This document shows, piece by piece, positions 47,261 to 57,068 of a stretch of DNA of 64,000 nucleotides. The position numbers and the translations under genes were made by a program. Numbering within the stretch: position 1 is the stretch's first letter; every line of letters starts with the position of its first letter. Under the pieces are notes generated by a model. That model did no database searches, was not told the origin of the DNA, and was given only the letters and a program-made list of their open reading frames with translations. This DNA is from an uncultured Gemmatimonadales bacterium (GTDB taxonomy: Bacteria; Gemmatimonadota; Gemmatimonadetes; Gemmatimonadales; Gemmatimonadaceae): assembly GCA_963701965.1 (NCBI GenBank), contig OY969695.1:3264001-3328000 (forward strand). The letters run 5' to 3'.

Positions 47261-47802
47261 GGCGTCGCGGCGCTGGGAAGGCTCTTCCACTCCGCCAACG
47301 CCCCGGGCGGCAAGGAGTCCTCGTGTCGCAAGAACGCCGCGATCGCCCAGCGCTCGTCATCCGTCAGGGTCTTGGTGTAGGACGGCATGCCAGTCAGCCG
47401 AATCCCGTGCGTGATCTTCCAGTAGGTCATCTCGATCGGATCATCCGCCACGTCGTGCTTCCCGAATTGCGGCGGATGCTGATAGAGCCCGGCGGCGACC
47501 GACGATTGCTTCCCATCGGACGCGCCATGGCACACGAGGCAGTTGGCCTTGTACAGGTGCACGCCTTTGATCAGCACCGAGTCCGGGGTCTGGGCCGGAC
47601 CGTGAAGGCTGCGCATGTCCCGCGCCAGGACGGCGCGTAACGCCGTGTGGGCCGCCCAGCGCTCGAACTGGGGCGGACGGGCGTCCGCGTTCGCCGGTAC
47701 CATTCCAGCGTGCAGGCAATAGAAACCGACCAATAACAAGAACACAATCGTTCCGACGAACGTCAGAACCATGACCCGGAATGGGGACGAGAGGCTCGGC
47801 AT
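47257..47802 (-). CDS. Membrane-anchored mono-heme c-type cytochrome
   Basis: N-terminal TM, CLVCH, 'HGIRLTGMP', 'RWAIAAFL'. Confidence 0.88.
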   Translation of the reverse strand: MPSLSSPFRVMVLTFVGTIVFLLLVGFYCLHAGMVPANADARPPQFERWAAHTALRAVLARDMRSLHGPAQTPDSVLIKGVHLYKANCLVCHGASDGKQSSVAAGLYQHPPQFGKHDVADDPIEMTYWKITHGIRLTGMPSYTKTLTDDERWAIAAFLRHEDSLPPGALAEWKSLPSAATP

Positions 47803-47848
47803 GCCCGGCAATATAGCCGTCATGGCCCCGAGCCACTTCCCCTGATGG

Positions 47849-48310
47849 TCACGTACCCGGCACGAGCCGCGCCGCCACGGAAAGCCGATTCCACGAGTTC
47901 ATGCTGGCGATGGCGAACGTGAGGTCCGCGAGCTCCCGGTCCGAGAAGTGTGGCCCCACGGACTCGTACACCGCGTCCGGAACACGGTCGTCGGCCAGGA
48001 GCGTGACCGCCTCCGTCCACCGGAGCGCCGCCCGCTCGCGCTCCGAGTACAAACTCACCTCGTCCCACACCGGCAGCGAATAGAGCCGGTGCTCGCTCTC
48101 GCCGAGCGCACGGAGATCCTTCCAGTGCGCGTCGATGCAGTACGCGCAGCCGTTCAGCTGTGACGCGCGGAGCTGGACCATCAGCAGCAGGGGGCGCTCA
48201 ATGCTGCAGGTGGCCAGGTATTGCTCGTGGGCATCCATCGCCTGATAGACGCCGGGTGCGCTCTTGGAGTAGTTGAGTCGCGCCGTCAATGTTGGGGATG
48301 TCGTTGTCAT
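47849..48310 (-). CDS. Carboxymuconolactone decarboxylase / AhpD-like protein
   Basis: 'LRASQLNGCAYCIDAH', 'ERAALRWTEAVT', 'NSWNR'. Confidence 0.92.
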   Translation of the reverse strand: MTTTSPTLTARLNYSKSAPGVYQAMDAHEQYLATCSIERPLLLMVQLRASQLNGCAYCIDAHWKDLRALGESEHRLYSLPVWDEVSLYSERERAALRWTEAVTLLADDRVPDAVYESVGPHFSDRELADLTFAIASMNSWNRLSVAARLVPGT

Positions 48311-48362
48311 GTCGGAACGTACCAGTGGCATTGACCAGCCACCAGCGCCAAATTATCGACAA

Positions 48363-49856
48363 ATGCCTGGTCCAAGTTCTCCCCCGCTTCTCCTGTTGCC
48401 GCTGGATCCCGACGCGGCGACGCCCCTCTACCGGCAGGTCTACGATGGCCTCCGCTCGACGATCCTGGCGGGTCGTCTCGCCGCGGGCGCGCGACTGCCG
48501 TCCAGTCGCGCGCTGGCCACGGAGCTGGGCGTCGCGCGGAACACCGTGGTCCTGGCGTTCGACCTGCTGCGCGCCGAGGGGTACCTCGCGGGGCATAAGG
48601 GCGGCGGGACGCGGGTGCGGGCGCAGGTGCCGGATCGGTTGCTGACGGCGACGCCAGCCCGCGCGCCGGCCGCACGGCGCGCAGTGGCCGCGGTTGTGCC
48701 TTCCCGGTGGACGCGGATTGTGGCCGAGGCCGGCGAGTGGGGCGCCACGCATCGCGTCCGTGCCACGGCGTTCGCGCTCGGCGTCCCTGCGATCGACGCG
48801 TTTCCGGTCGCGCTCTGGACGCGACTCACCACGCGCCGGTGGCGCCGGCATGGCGTGTTCTTGGGACAACCCGCGGCGCCCGGCGAGCGCGCGTTGCGCG
48901 CCGCCATCGCGGACTACGTCACGACCGCGCGCGGAGCCCGATGCTCGGCGGACCACGTCATAGTCGTGGGAGGCGCGCAGCAGGCGCTGGACCTCATCGC
49001 CCGCGTGCTCGTCGAGCCCGGTGATCGCGTCTGGATCGAGAACCCCGGATACACCGGTGCGCGCGCCGTGCTCATCGCCGCGGGCGCGGACGTGTGTCCA
49101 GTGCCGGTCAATGACGAAGGGCTCGATGTCAGCGCCGGGATACGAGCCGCGCCGCGGGCGCGGCTCGTCTATGTGACGCCGTCGCATCAGTTTCCGCTGG
49201 GTGCGGTCATGAGCGCGTCCCGACGGCTCGCCCTTCTCACGTGGGCGCGGCGGGCTGGCGCGTGGATCGTGGAAGACGACTATGACGGCGAGTTTCGGTA
49301 CGCGGGTCGGCCGCTGCCGTGTCTCCAAGGACTCGACGCGACGCAGACGGAGCCCGCGCGGGTGCTCTACGTCGGGACGTTCAGCAAGACGCTGGCGCCG
49401 GCCCTCCGGCTTGGGTACGTCATCGTGCCCGAACAGCTCGTCGAGACGTTTCGCGTCGCCGGGGCCATCACGAGCGGCGCGGTCGCCACCATGGATCAAG
49501 GCGTGCTCACGGACTTCATCACTGAAGGGCATTACGCGCGTCATGTGCGGCGTGTGCGCGCGCTCTGCGCCGAGCGACAAGAAGTCCTACTCGACGCTTC
49601 GCGTCGTCGTCTGGCGGGCGCTCTGGATCTGGTGCCTGATGTTGCCGGATTGCATCTGGTTGGATGGCTTCAGGGTATCAGCGAAGGCGCAGCCGCGGAA
49701 GCGGCTCGCGCCGGCGGCGTGCAGGTGTCCCGGCTCTCGGCGTTCACCATGGGGAGGACCGCGCGGGGAGCGTTATTACTCGGCTACGCCGCGTCGGACT
49801 CCCGTGCGATTCGCACGGGAGTCGAGCGGCTCAGTCGCGCGCTAGGCGATCGGTAG
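48363..49856 (+). CDS. MocR/GabR family transcriptional regulator
   Basis: 'PLYRQVY...LPSSRALATELGVARNTV', 'YVTPSHQFPLG', 'EDDYDGEFR', 'GTFSK'; divergent from the AhpD-like gene. Confidence 0.92.
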   Translation: MPGPSSPPLLLLPLDPDAATPLYRQVYDGLRSTILAGRLAAGARLPSSRALATELGVARNTVVLAFDLLRAEGYLAGHKGGGTRVRAQVPDRLLTATPARAPAARRAVAAVVPSRWTRIVAEAGEWGATHRVRATAFALGVPAIDAFPVALWTRLTTRRWRRHGVFLGQPAAPGERALRAAIADYVTTARGARCSADHVIVVGGAQQALDLIARVLVEPGDRVWIENPGYTGARAVLIAAGADVCPVPVNDEGLDVSAGIRAAPRARLVYVTPSHQFPLGAVMSASRRLALLTWARRAGAWIVEDDYDGEFRYAGRPLPCLQGLDATQTEPARVLYVGTFSKTLAPALRLGYVIVPEQLVETFRVAGAITSGAVATMDQGVLTDFITEGHYARHVRRVRALCAERQEVLLDASRRRLAGALDLVPDVAGLHLVGWLQGISEGAAAEAARAGGVQVSRLSAFTMGRTARGALLLGYAASDSRAIRTGVERLSRALGDR

Positions 49857-49882
49857 TCAGACGATCGGTAGCGCTTCTCGCG

Positions 49883-52800
49883 TCAATCGTCTCCGGCCAC
49901 GGGCACGAGGCCCGCCGGCACCTGCGAACGGGCCTCTTTCCTCCGCTCGACGATCGCCCGGATCGTCACATAGAACACCGGTGTCAGCAACAATCCGAAG
50001 AATGTCACCCCCAGCATCCCCGAAAACACGGCCACGCCCATGGCGTGCCGCATCTCGGCGCCCGCGCCCCGCGAGATCACCAACGGCGTGACGCCCATGA
50101 TGAACGCGAACGACGTCATGAGAATGGGCCGCAAGCGCAGCCGGCACGCCTCGAGCGCCGCGGCAACCCGGCCGCGCCCTTCGCGCAGCTGGAGCTCGCG
50201 CGCAAACTCCACGATCAGGATCGCGTTCTTGCACGCCAGCCCCACGAGCACGACGAGGCCGACCTGGGTAAACACGTTGTTGTCGCCCTTGCTCAGCCAG
50301 ACACCCGTCATGGCCGACAGGAGGCACATCGGGACGATCAAGATCACGGCCAAAGGCAGCGACCAACTCTCGTACTGCGCGGCCAACACCAGAAACGCCA
50401 GGAGCACGCACAGCGGAAAGACCAGCAGCGCCGTATCGCCCGCCAGAATCTGTTGGTACGTCAGCTCCGTCCACTCGTACCCGATACCGTTGGGTAGCGT
50501 CTCCGTCGCCAACCGGTCCATGATCGCTTGCGCTTGCCCCGAGCTCACGCCCGGCGCGGGCCCGCCGTTGACGTCCGCCGTCGGATAGGCGTTGTAGTGC
50601 AGCACGCGATCCGGCCCGAAGGACTGCTTGACGTTCAACATCGAAGCCAGCGGAATCATCCCGCCCTGCGCGTTCCGCACCTGCAGCCGCCCGATGTCCT
50701 CGGCGTTGGCCCGATACGCGGCGTCGGCCTGGGCGATGACTTGGTACGTCCGCCCGAACCGGTTGAAATCGTTCACGTAGATCGAACCCAAGTACGTCTG
50801 CAGCGTCTCGAACACATCGTCGAGCGCGACGCCTTGCCGCAGCACCTTCGCGCGGTCCACGTCGGCGTAGAGCTGCGGGACGTTGATCTGATAGCTGGAG
50901 AAGAGGCCAGTGAGCCGCGGATCCTGATAGGCCTTGCCGAGCAACGCTTGCGTGGCGTCATACAACGCCCGCTCGCCCAATCCGGCCCGATCCTCGACCT
51001 GGAACTTGAACCCGCCCACGGTCCCGAGACCGTTCACCGGCGGGGGCGGGAAGACCGCGATGAACGCGTCCTGCACGCCGCCGAACTTCTGGTTGAGACG
51101 CTGCGCGATCACCAGTCCGTTGTCTTCCGCCCGCGGCCGTTGGTCGAACGGCTTGAGCGTGAAGAACACGATGCCGGCGTTGGCGCTGTTCACGAACCCG
51201 TTGATCGAGAGTCCGGGAAACTGCACGGCCGACTGGACCCCCGGCTCCTTGAGCCCAATAGCCGTCATCTCCCGGATGACCCCTTCGGTCCGATCGATCG
51301 TGGATGCGTCGGGCAACTGCGCGAACGCCACCAGGTATTGTTTGTCCTGCGTCGGCACGAAGCCCGTCGGCACGGCCCGGAACGCCATCACCGCCAGCAC
51401 CACCAGGCCGGCGTAGACGACGAGGACCGCCGGTGTCCGCCCGATGAAGCGCGACACCGTGGCGCGATACCGCTGGGAGCCTGAGGCGAACGCGCGATTG
51501 AACGGCCGGAAGAACCAGCCGAGGAGGCCGTTGAGGAGACGGGTCGGGGCATCCGCGGGGGCATGCTGACCCCGCAACAGGATCGCGCACAGCGCCGGCG
51601 ACAACGTCAGCGAGTTGAACGCGGAGATGATCGTGGAGAACGCGATCGTCAGCGCGAACTGCCGATAGAACTGTCCCGTCAGGCCGGAGATGAACGCGAT
51701 CGGCACGAACACCGCGCACAAGACCAGCGCGATGGCGATGATGGGGCCACTGACCTCCTCCATGGCCCGATAGCTCGCCTCCCGCGGCGACATGCCCAAC
51801 TCAATGTTGCGCTCGACATTCTCCACGACCACGATCGAATCGTCGACCACGATGCCGATCGCCAGCACGAGACCAAACAGCGTCAGCGTGTTGATCGAGA
51901 ACCCGAACAGTAAGAGCACGCCGAACGTGCCGATGATCGAGACCGGGACCGCGACGAGCGGGATCACGGACGCCCGCCACGTCTGCAGGAACACCACGAC
52001 CGTGATCACCACGAGGAGCACGGCCTCCAGCAGCGTCTTCACGACCTCGTGGATCGAGTCGCGCACGAAGGTCGTCGGGTCGTACACGATCTGATAGTCC
52101 AGCCCTTGCGGGAAGCTCTTCTTGAGCTCGGCCATGGTCTTGCGGACGAGCGCCGACAGCGCCAGGGCATTCGAGCCCGGCGCCTGGAAGATCGGAATGG
52201 CGACGGCCGATTTGTTGTCGAGGAGTGACCGGAGCGAATAGTCGCCGGCCGCCAGCTCGATGCGGGCCACGTCGCGCAGGTGCGTGAGCGCGCCGTCGGG
52301 CCCGGCCTTGATGATGATGTCGCCGAACTCCTGCTCGTCGACCAGCCGCCCATGCGCGTTGACGCTCAGTTGATGGGCGAGCGGCACCGGCATGGGCGGC
52401 GCGCCGATCGACCCGGCTGCCACTTCGACGTTCTGGGCCCGGATCGCCCGCACGATATCGCCCGCCGTGAGCCCGCGCGAGGCGACCTTCTGGGGGTCGA
52501 GCCACACCCGCATGGCGTAGTCGCCCGACCCGAACAACTGGACTTGGCCCACGCCTTGGAGACGGGCCAGGACGTCGCGCACCTGCAAGGTCGCGTAGTT
52601 CCGGACGTATACCGGATCGTAGCGCCCGTCGGGCAATGTCAGGTGCACGACCATCGTCAGGTCGGGCGAGCTCTTCACGGTCGTGACGCCGAGGGAGCGG
52701 ACTTCATCGGGCAACCGCGGCAACGCTTGGCTGACCCGATTTTGCACCTGCACCTGGGCAATGTCGACGTTCGTGCCGATGCGGAACGTCACCGTCAGCG

Positions 52801-53071
52801 TGAGGGTCCCGTCGGCCGTCCCCTGGGACGACATGTACAACATGTTCTCGACGCCGTTGATCTGCTCCTCCAACGGCGTGGCCACGGTCTGACCGAGGAC
52901 CGTAGGATTGGCACCCGGGTATTGCGCGCGCACGACGATCGTGGGCGGCACGACTTCCGGATATTCGCTGATCGGCAGCGTCACGATGGCGATCGCGCCC
53001 GCGATGACGATGAGCACCGACAGGACCGCCGCGAAGATCGGGCGGTCAATGAAAAATCGGGAGATGTTCAT
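49883..53071 (-). CDS. RND efflux permease (HAE1; MexF/OqxB-like)
   Basis: 'FFIDRPIFA', 'GIVVDD', 'KNAILIVEFA', 'RLRPILMTS'; 1062 aa. Confidence 0.95.
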   Translation of the reverse strand: MNISRFFIDRPIFAAVLSVLIVIAGAIAIVTLPISEYPEVVPPTIVVRAQYPGANPTVLGQTVATPLEEQINGVENMLYMSSQGTADGTLTLTVTFRIGTNVDIAQVQVQNRVSQALPRLPDEVRSLGVTTVKSSPDLTMVVHLTLPDGRYDPVYVRNYATLQVRDVLARLQGVGQVQLFGSGDYAMRVWLDPQKVASRGLTAGDIVRAIRAQNVEVAAGSIGAPPMPVPLAHQLSVNAHGRLVDEQEFGDIIIKAGPDGALTHLRDVARIELAAGDYSLRSLLDNKSAVAIPIFQAPGSNALALSALVRKTMAELKKSFPQGLDYQIVYDPTTFVRDSIHEVVKTLLEAVLLVVITVVVFLQTWRASVIPLVAVPVSIIGTFGVLLLFGFSINTLTLFGLVLAIGIVVDDSIVVVENVERNIELGMSPREASYRAMEEVSGPIIAIALVLCAVFVPIAFISGLTGQFYRQFALTIAFSTIISAFNSLTLSPALCAILLRGQHAPADAPTRLLNGLLGWFFRPFNRAFASGSQRYRATVSRFIGRTPAVLVVYAGLVVLAVMAFRAVPTGFVPTQDKQYLVAFAQLPDASTIDRTEGVIREMTAIGLKEPGVQSAVQFPGLSINGFVNSANAGIVFFTLKPFDQRPRAEDNGLVIAQRLNQKFGGVQDAFIAVFPPPPVNGLGTVGGFKFQVEDRAGLGERALYDATQALLGKAYQDPRLTGLFSSYQINVPQLYADVDRAKVLRQGVALDDVFETLQTYLGSIYVNDFNRFGRTYQVIAQADAAYRANAEDIGRLQVRNAQGGMIPLASMLNVKQSFGPDRVLHYNAYPTADVNGGPAPGVSSGQAQAIMDRLATETLPNGIGYEWTELTYQQILAGDTALLVFPLCVLLAFLVLAAQYESWSLPLAVILIVPMCLLSAMTGVWLSKGDNNVFTQVGLVVLVGLACKNAILIVEFARELQLREGRGRVAAALEACRLRLRPILMTSFAFIMGVTPLVISRGAGAEMRHAMGVAVFSGMLGVTFFGLLLTPVFYVTIRAIVERRKEARSQVPAGLVPVAGDD

Positions 53072-53079
53072 GGCCGCTC

Positions 53080-54242
53080 CTAGTGCCCCTCGGCCAGTGC
53101 CGTGCGCCGCTTGGTAGACGTGTCGGCGCTCGCCGGCTCGGCGTTGGCGATCACCTTCACGCCGGGGCGTACGCGCTGCAGGCCGTTCACCACGATCAGA
53201 TCGCCGGGGTGCACGCCATCGGTCACGACGCGCAGGCCGTCGACGAGCCGGCCCGTGTGCACGGCGCGATAGGCGACGGTGCTGTCGGGTTGGAGCACGT
53301 ACACGAACTTCTTGTCCTGATCGGTGCCGATAGCGCGATCTTCAACCAGCGTGGCCGGCAATGGCTGGCCGCCCACCAGCTTGACGCGGGCGAAGAGGCC
53401 GGGCGTGAACGCGTGGTCGTGGTTGGCCAACACGGCCCGCGCCCGGATCGTCCCGGTCTCCGGCGCCAGATGATTGTCGACGAAATCGACGATGCCCTGG
53501 TGAGGGAATCCTTCTTCGTTGGCCAAGCCGATGAAAATTTGATCGTTCGCGTGCCGCGCCGTACCGGACAAGACATCCTGCTTGAGATACGCCTGCTCGT
53601 CGCCGTCGAAGTACACATAGATGGGATCGAGCGACACGACGTTCGTCAGCAGCGTCGCGGTGGGGGGGCCGGCAAGCACGAGATTCCCCTCGGTGACCTC
53701 GGCACGACTGACGCGACCCGCGATCGGCGAGCGGATCTCCGTCCAGGTCAGATTCAATCGCGCGGTTTCCACCGCGGCTTCGGCGGAGCGGACAGCGGCC
53801 TCGGCCTCGGCGCGCGCGTTCTGCCGCGAGTCCATTTCCTCGACCGAAATCGCATGGCTCGCCGCCAACGGGCGCACCCGCTCGGCCAGATCGGCCGCGT
53901 TTTGCGCCGCGGCCCGCGCCTTGGCCAGATCGGCCTGGGCGCCGTCGAGCGCCGCTGCGTAGGGCCGCGGATCGATCACGAACAGGACGTCGCCGGCATG
54001 GACTTCGGCGCCGTCACGAAACGCGACGCGTTCGATGTATCCGGAGATGCGCGGCCGGATCTCGACCACGCGCACGGCGTCGAAACGTCCCGTAAACTCG
54101 TCCCAGTCGGCGACGGCGCGCCGTTCGGCGGGCGCGACTGTGACCGCGGGCGGAGGGGGGGCGGGGGCGCGGCGGCGCGACAGCCAATGACGCCGGCCAT
54201 GGTCGCTACCGCCATCAGGGACACTGCAGATCGGATCATCAT
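53080..54242 (-). pseudogene. RND periplasmic adaptor (MFP) lipoprotein, frameshift in a G7 tract at 54155-54161
   Basis: Lipoprotein N-terminus (...VIGC) is in one frame; 'PPAVTVA...DEFTGRF...EIRPRISG...IRSPIAG' is in the next. One extra base in the homopolymer restores the frame. Confidence 0.88.
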
Positions 54243-54328
54243 GTTATCATCCCGGTTAACTTCTATTACGAACCCGGTGAATCCGGGCCGGGACGATTTC
54301 GTTCACCGTATGGTGCAGCGTACGTGGT

Positions 54329-54712
54329 ATGGTTGACCGTACTCCAGTTGATGACGAATGCGTCGCCGAGTTCTCGTGTAGCGTTGATGTCACGCTGAGC
54401 GTGATCGGCGGCAAGTGGAAGCTGATCATCTACCAGCATCTCGCAAACGGCGCGAACCGTTACAGCGAGCTGCGGCGCGCCATCCCGCGCATCACGCCAA
54501 CAGTCTTGGCGACGCAGCTCCGGGAGATGGAGCGGGATGGGATCGTGTCACGGACGATGCACACGGGCAGCCCCGTACGCGTGCAATACGCGTTGACCGA
54601 CTTTGGACGCTCGCTCGAGGGTGTGCTGGACGTGATGGCCCGCTGGGGCGAGCGGTATCACGCCCAGGTTGTGTCCAAGCGTCTCGCGCGACCGCCCGCC
54701 GACGCTCAGTAG
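54329..54712 (+). CDS. HxlR family winged-helix transcriptional regulator
   Basis: 'CSVDVTLSVIGGKWK', 'QLREMERDGIV.R', 'VQYALT..G'; divergent from the RND operon. Confidence 0.9.
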   Translation: MVDRTPVDDECVAEFSCSVDVTLSVIGGKWKLIIYQHLANGANRYSELRRAIPRITPTVLATQLREMERDGIVSRTMHTGSPVRVQYALTDFGRSLEGVLDVMARWGERYHAQVVSKRLARPPADAQ

Positions 54713-56355
54713 TTCCAGCTGCTGGTATCCTCGCCCTGGGGCGCGGCTTTCTTCATGGCGTCCGCCATCTTCTTCACCATCTCGGCCCAGGTGAACGAAT
54801 GCCAGCCGTGGCCTTTTTCCGGACGCCCGTACACGAACTCAACCGCCGGGTCGTGTAAGAAATCCTCGAAATCGTACACGGCCAGATTCAGATAGTAGTT
54901 GTCCATGTCGCCGGCAAAGAAGTGCAGCTTGCCGGTGAGCTTCGGTCCGAGCGTCGACCAGTTCCGCGCCGCGTAGTCTCTCAGGTCGAACCCATGCTCC
55001 TTCATATAGTTGGCGACCGTGCGATCGATCGCGCCCGTGTGCTTGTCCCACAGCGGCACCGGATACCCGTCCGGGCCCACGGGGCCGTACACGGCTTCCC
55101 ACGCTTCGAGCTGATAGCTGGAGCGACCGTGTGATCCGAGCACGGCCTCGAACCGGCTGATCTCCCGGGCCGTGACCACCACCTGGCCCGCCGTCGTGCG
55201 CTGAAACGGCCGCTCGGTCGACGTGAACGGGCCCGTCACCACGGCGAACGCGTTGCTGTCCTGATAGATGTTGGTCTGCTGATAATGCCGAAAGTCGATC
55301 GGATCGGGCTGCAGCACCCATGCATCCCCGATGACGTCCGGGTGCTGCAGTTGAAGGGCCAGCGTCTGCCACCCGCTCGTGGATGCCCCTTCCACCTGTC
55401 GCGCGTACGGCTTGCGGATGATGCGGAAGTGCTCTTCCAGGTACGGCAGGACTTCATCGATGATGGCATCGCCGTACGGGCCGTTGTTGGCCGAGTTGAC
55501 CGAGTACGAGTCCGGGAAGTAGGGTGTCTGCTGCTCCAGGGTAATCGCGATGACGCGCGGGAACGCGTCGGCCGTCCACGCTTTGTAGAAATCGTATCCG
55601 GACTCGAGGCCCGAGACCGTGCCGATCGTCGCCCCGCGGCGCACCTCGGTCTTGCCGCGTGATTCTCCGGTCGAGTCGGGCGTGAACCCGAACGGTTCGG
55701 TCCCGTGTCCCAGCGCATACACGCTCGGGTAGTACGTCTTGGGATGTTGGGCGTACCCCTTGGGCAGGAGCACCGTCGCGTTGACATAGACCGGGCGTCC
55801 CCAGAATTGCGTGAGCTTCTGGCTTTGGACGCGGACGTGCTTGAGCCACTCGGTGTCGGCCGCCCGCGGCTGCGCCGGCATGACGCGCGTGACCGTGATG
55901 CGCGTCGAGGCGCCCCCGCTGCCGACGTGCAGCCGCTGAACGTCGCTGTACAAGTTCCCGGCCGCCGTGTTGAAGAACTCGACGGTCCCGTCATTCATGT
56001 GGACCCAGATCGTGTGGCCATCGGAGCGGTGCACTTGCTCGTACACGTTGACGACCGCCTGCACGAAGTAGTCGCCCGGCTTGAGCGCCGAGAGCGTCAT
56101 CGGGTAGCTGTCGGCGCTATCGGTGACCACGGCGGCCTGTCCCGGCTCCAACTGCGTGAGGTCGACCCCGAAGACCGCCGGGCCGGTGAGCGTGAGCCGG
56201 AAGCGCGGTTCGGGTGTCGAGTCTTTGGCGACGAAGAGCACCAGGCGTCCCGTGACCGGCCCCGCGTGCGCCGCCGGCGCGATCGTGACCTCGACGCGCT
56301 GCGCCTGCGCCAGGGCAGGGAGCAGCGCGAGTCCTATCCGGGCAATCCGGTTCAC
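54706..56355 (-). CDS. Secreted alpha/beta-hydrolase (putative esterase)
   Basis: Signal peptide; 'VLLPKGY', 'NSANNGPYGD', nucleophile elbow 'GASTSG'. Confidence 0.8.
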   Translation of the reverse strand: MNRIARIGLALLPALAQAQRVEVTIAPAAHAGPVTGRLVLFVAKDSTPEPRFRLTLTGPAVFGVDLTQLEPGQAAVVTDSADSYPMTLSALKPGDYFVQAVVNVYEQVHRSDGHTIWVHMNDGTVEFFNTAAGNLYSDVQRLHVGSGGASTRITVTRVMPAQPRAADTEWLKHVRVQSQKLTQFWGRPVYVNATVLLPKGYAQHPKTYYPSVYALGHGTEPFGFTPDSTGESRGKTEVRRGATIGTVSGLESGYDFYKAWTADAFPRVIAITLEQQTPYFPDSYSVNSANNGPYGDAIIDEVLPYLEEHFRIIRKPYARQVEGASTSGWQTLALQLQHPDVIGDAWVLQPDPIDFRHYQQTNIYQDSNAFAVVTGPFTSTERPFQRTTAGQVVVTAREISRFEAVLGSHGRSSYQLEAWEAVYGPVGPDGYPVPLWDKHTGAIDRTVANYMKEHGFDLRDYAARNWSTLGPKLTGKLHFFAGDMDNYYLNLAVYDFEDFLHDPAVEFVYGRPEKGHGWHSFTWAEMVKKMADAMKKAAPQGEDTSSWNY

Positions 56356-57068
56356 TTGGCCGCCTCGTCGGGGGACACCATCTTGATCACCTTGCCGGCG
56401 ACATCGAGGAACTGGATGCTTGCGGCTCCGGTGGAGTCGACCACCATTCGGAGGCGCGGCCGTCCTTGCGCGTCGGCCAGATTCACCACCGCGCTGCCCG
56501 ACGGGTCGCGGCCGGCGAACAGGCGTTGGGCGGCGATCGGATGACCGTTGTTCTCGACGAACGCTTTCATCGCCGAGTCGCGGGCCGGGCCCGCCGGCAT
56601 GGCGCGTATCGCATCGCGTTTGTCCAGCATCTTCGGAATCGGCATATCGAGCGCGCGGTCCGTCACCGAGAGTCCCTGGCGGTGGCGTCCGTTGTCGTCC
56701 GAGTAGCGGAGCGTGACCGATTCGTCCTGGTTGTACTGATCGAACGCCATGCCGCCATCGGCGTGGTATTTCCCGTTCTCGGTGCGCCCGCCAAAGCCAA
56801 ACCCTCCATCCTCTTCGCCTTCATCATTGAAGAAGATCATGCCCGCGCCTTTCGGCCGGCCCGGGTACAGCTTGCCGTGGAACACCCAGCCCGGTGAGCG
56901 CGCGGCGTCCGATATCGTCATCCGGAGCGTGCCATCGGGCTCGATGATGTCGATGCGCTCGACGGCGATCTCTTTGAAGCGCGGTGTTTCACTGGCTTTC
57001 GTAAAGGCCGCGAGGGCCAGTGCGCCGACGCCGATCAGCGCGCCGGTCAGATAGCGTTCACTTCGCAT
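56352..57068 (-). CDS. Conserved hypothetical exported protein
   Basis: N-terminal hydrophobic segment; 'VERIDIIEPDGTLRM', 'GMIFFNDEGEE.GG', 'FDQY'; coupled to both neighbours. Confidence 0.7.
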   Translation of the reverse strand: MRSERYLTGALIGVGALALAAFTKASETPRFKEIAVERIDIIEPDGTLRMTISDAARSPGWVFHGKLYPGRPKGAGMIFFNDEGEEDGGFGFGGRTENGKYHADGGMAFDQYNQDESVTLRYSDDNGRHRQGLSVTDRALDMPIPKMLDKRDAIRAMPAGPARDSAMKAFVENNGHPIAAQRLFAGRDPSGSAVVNLADAQGRPRLRMVVDSTGAASIQFLDVAGKVIKMVSPDEAAK

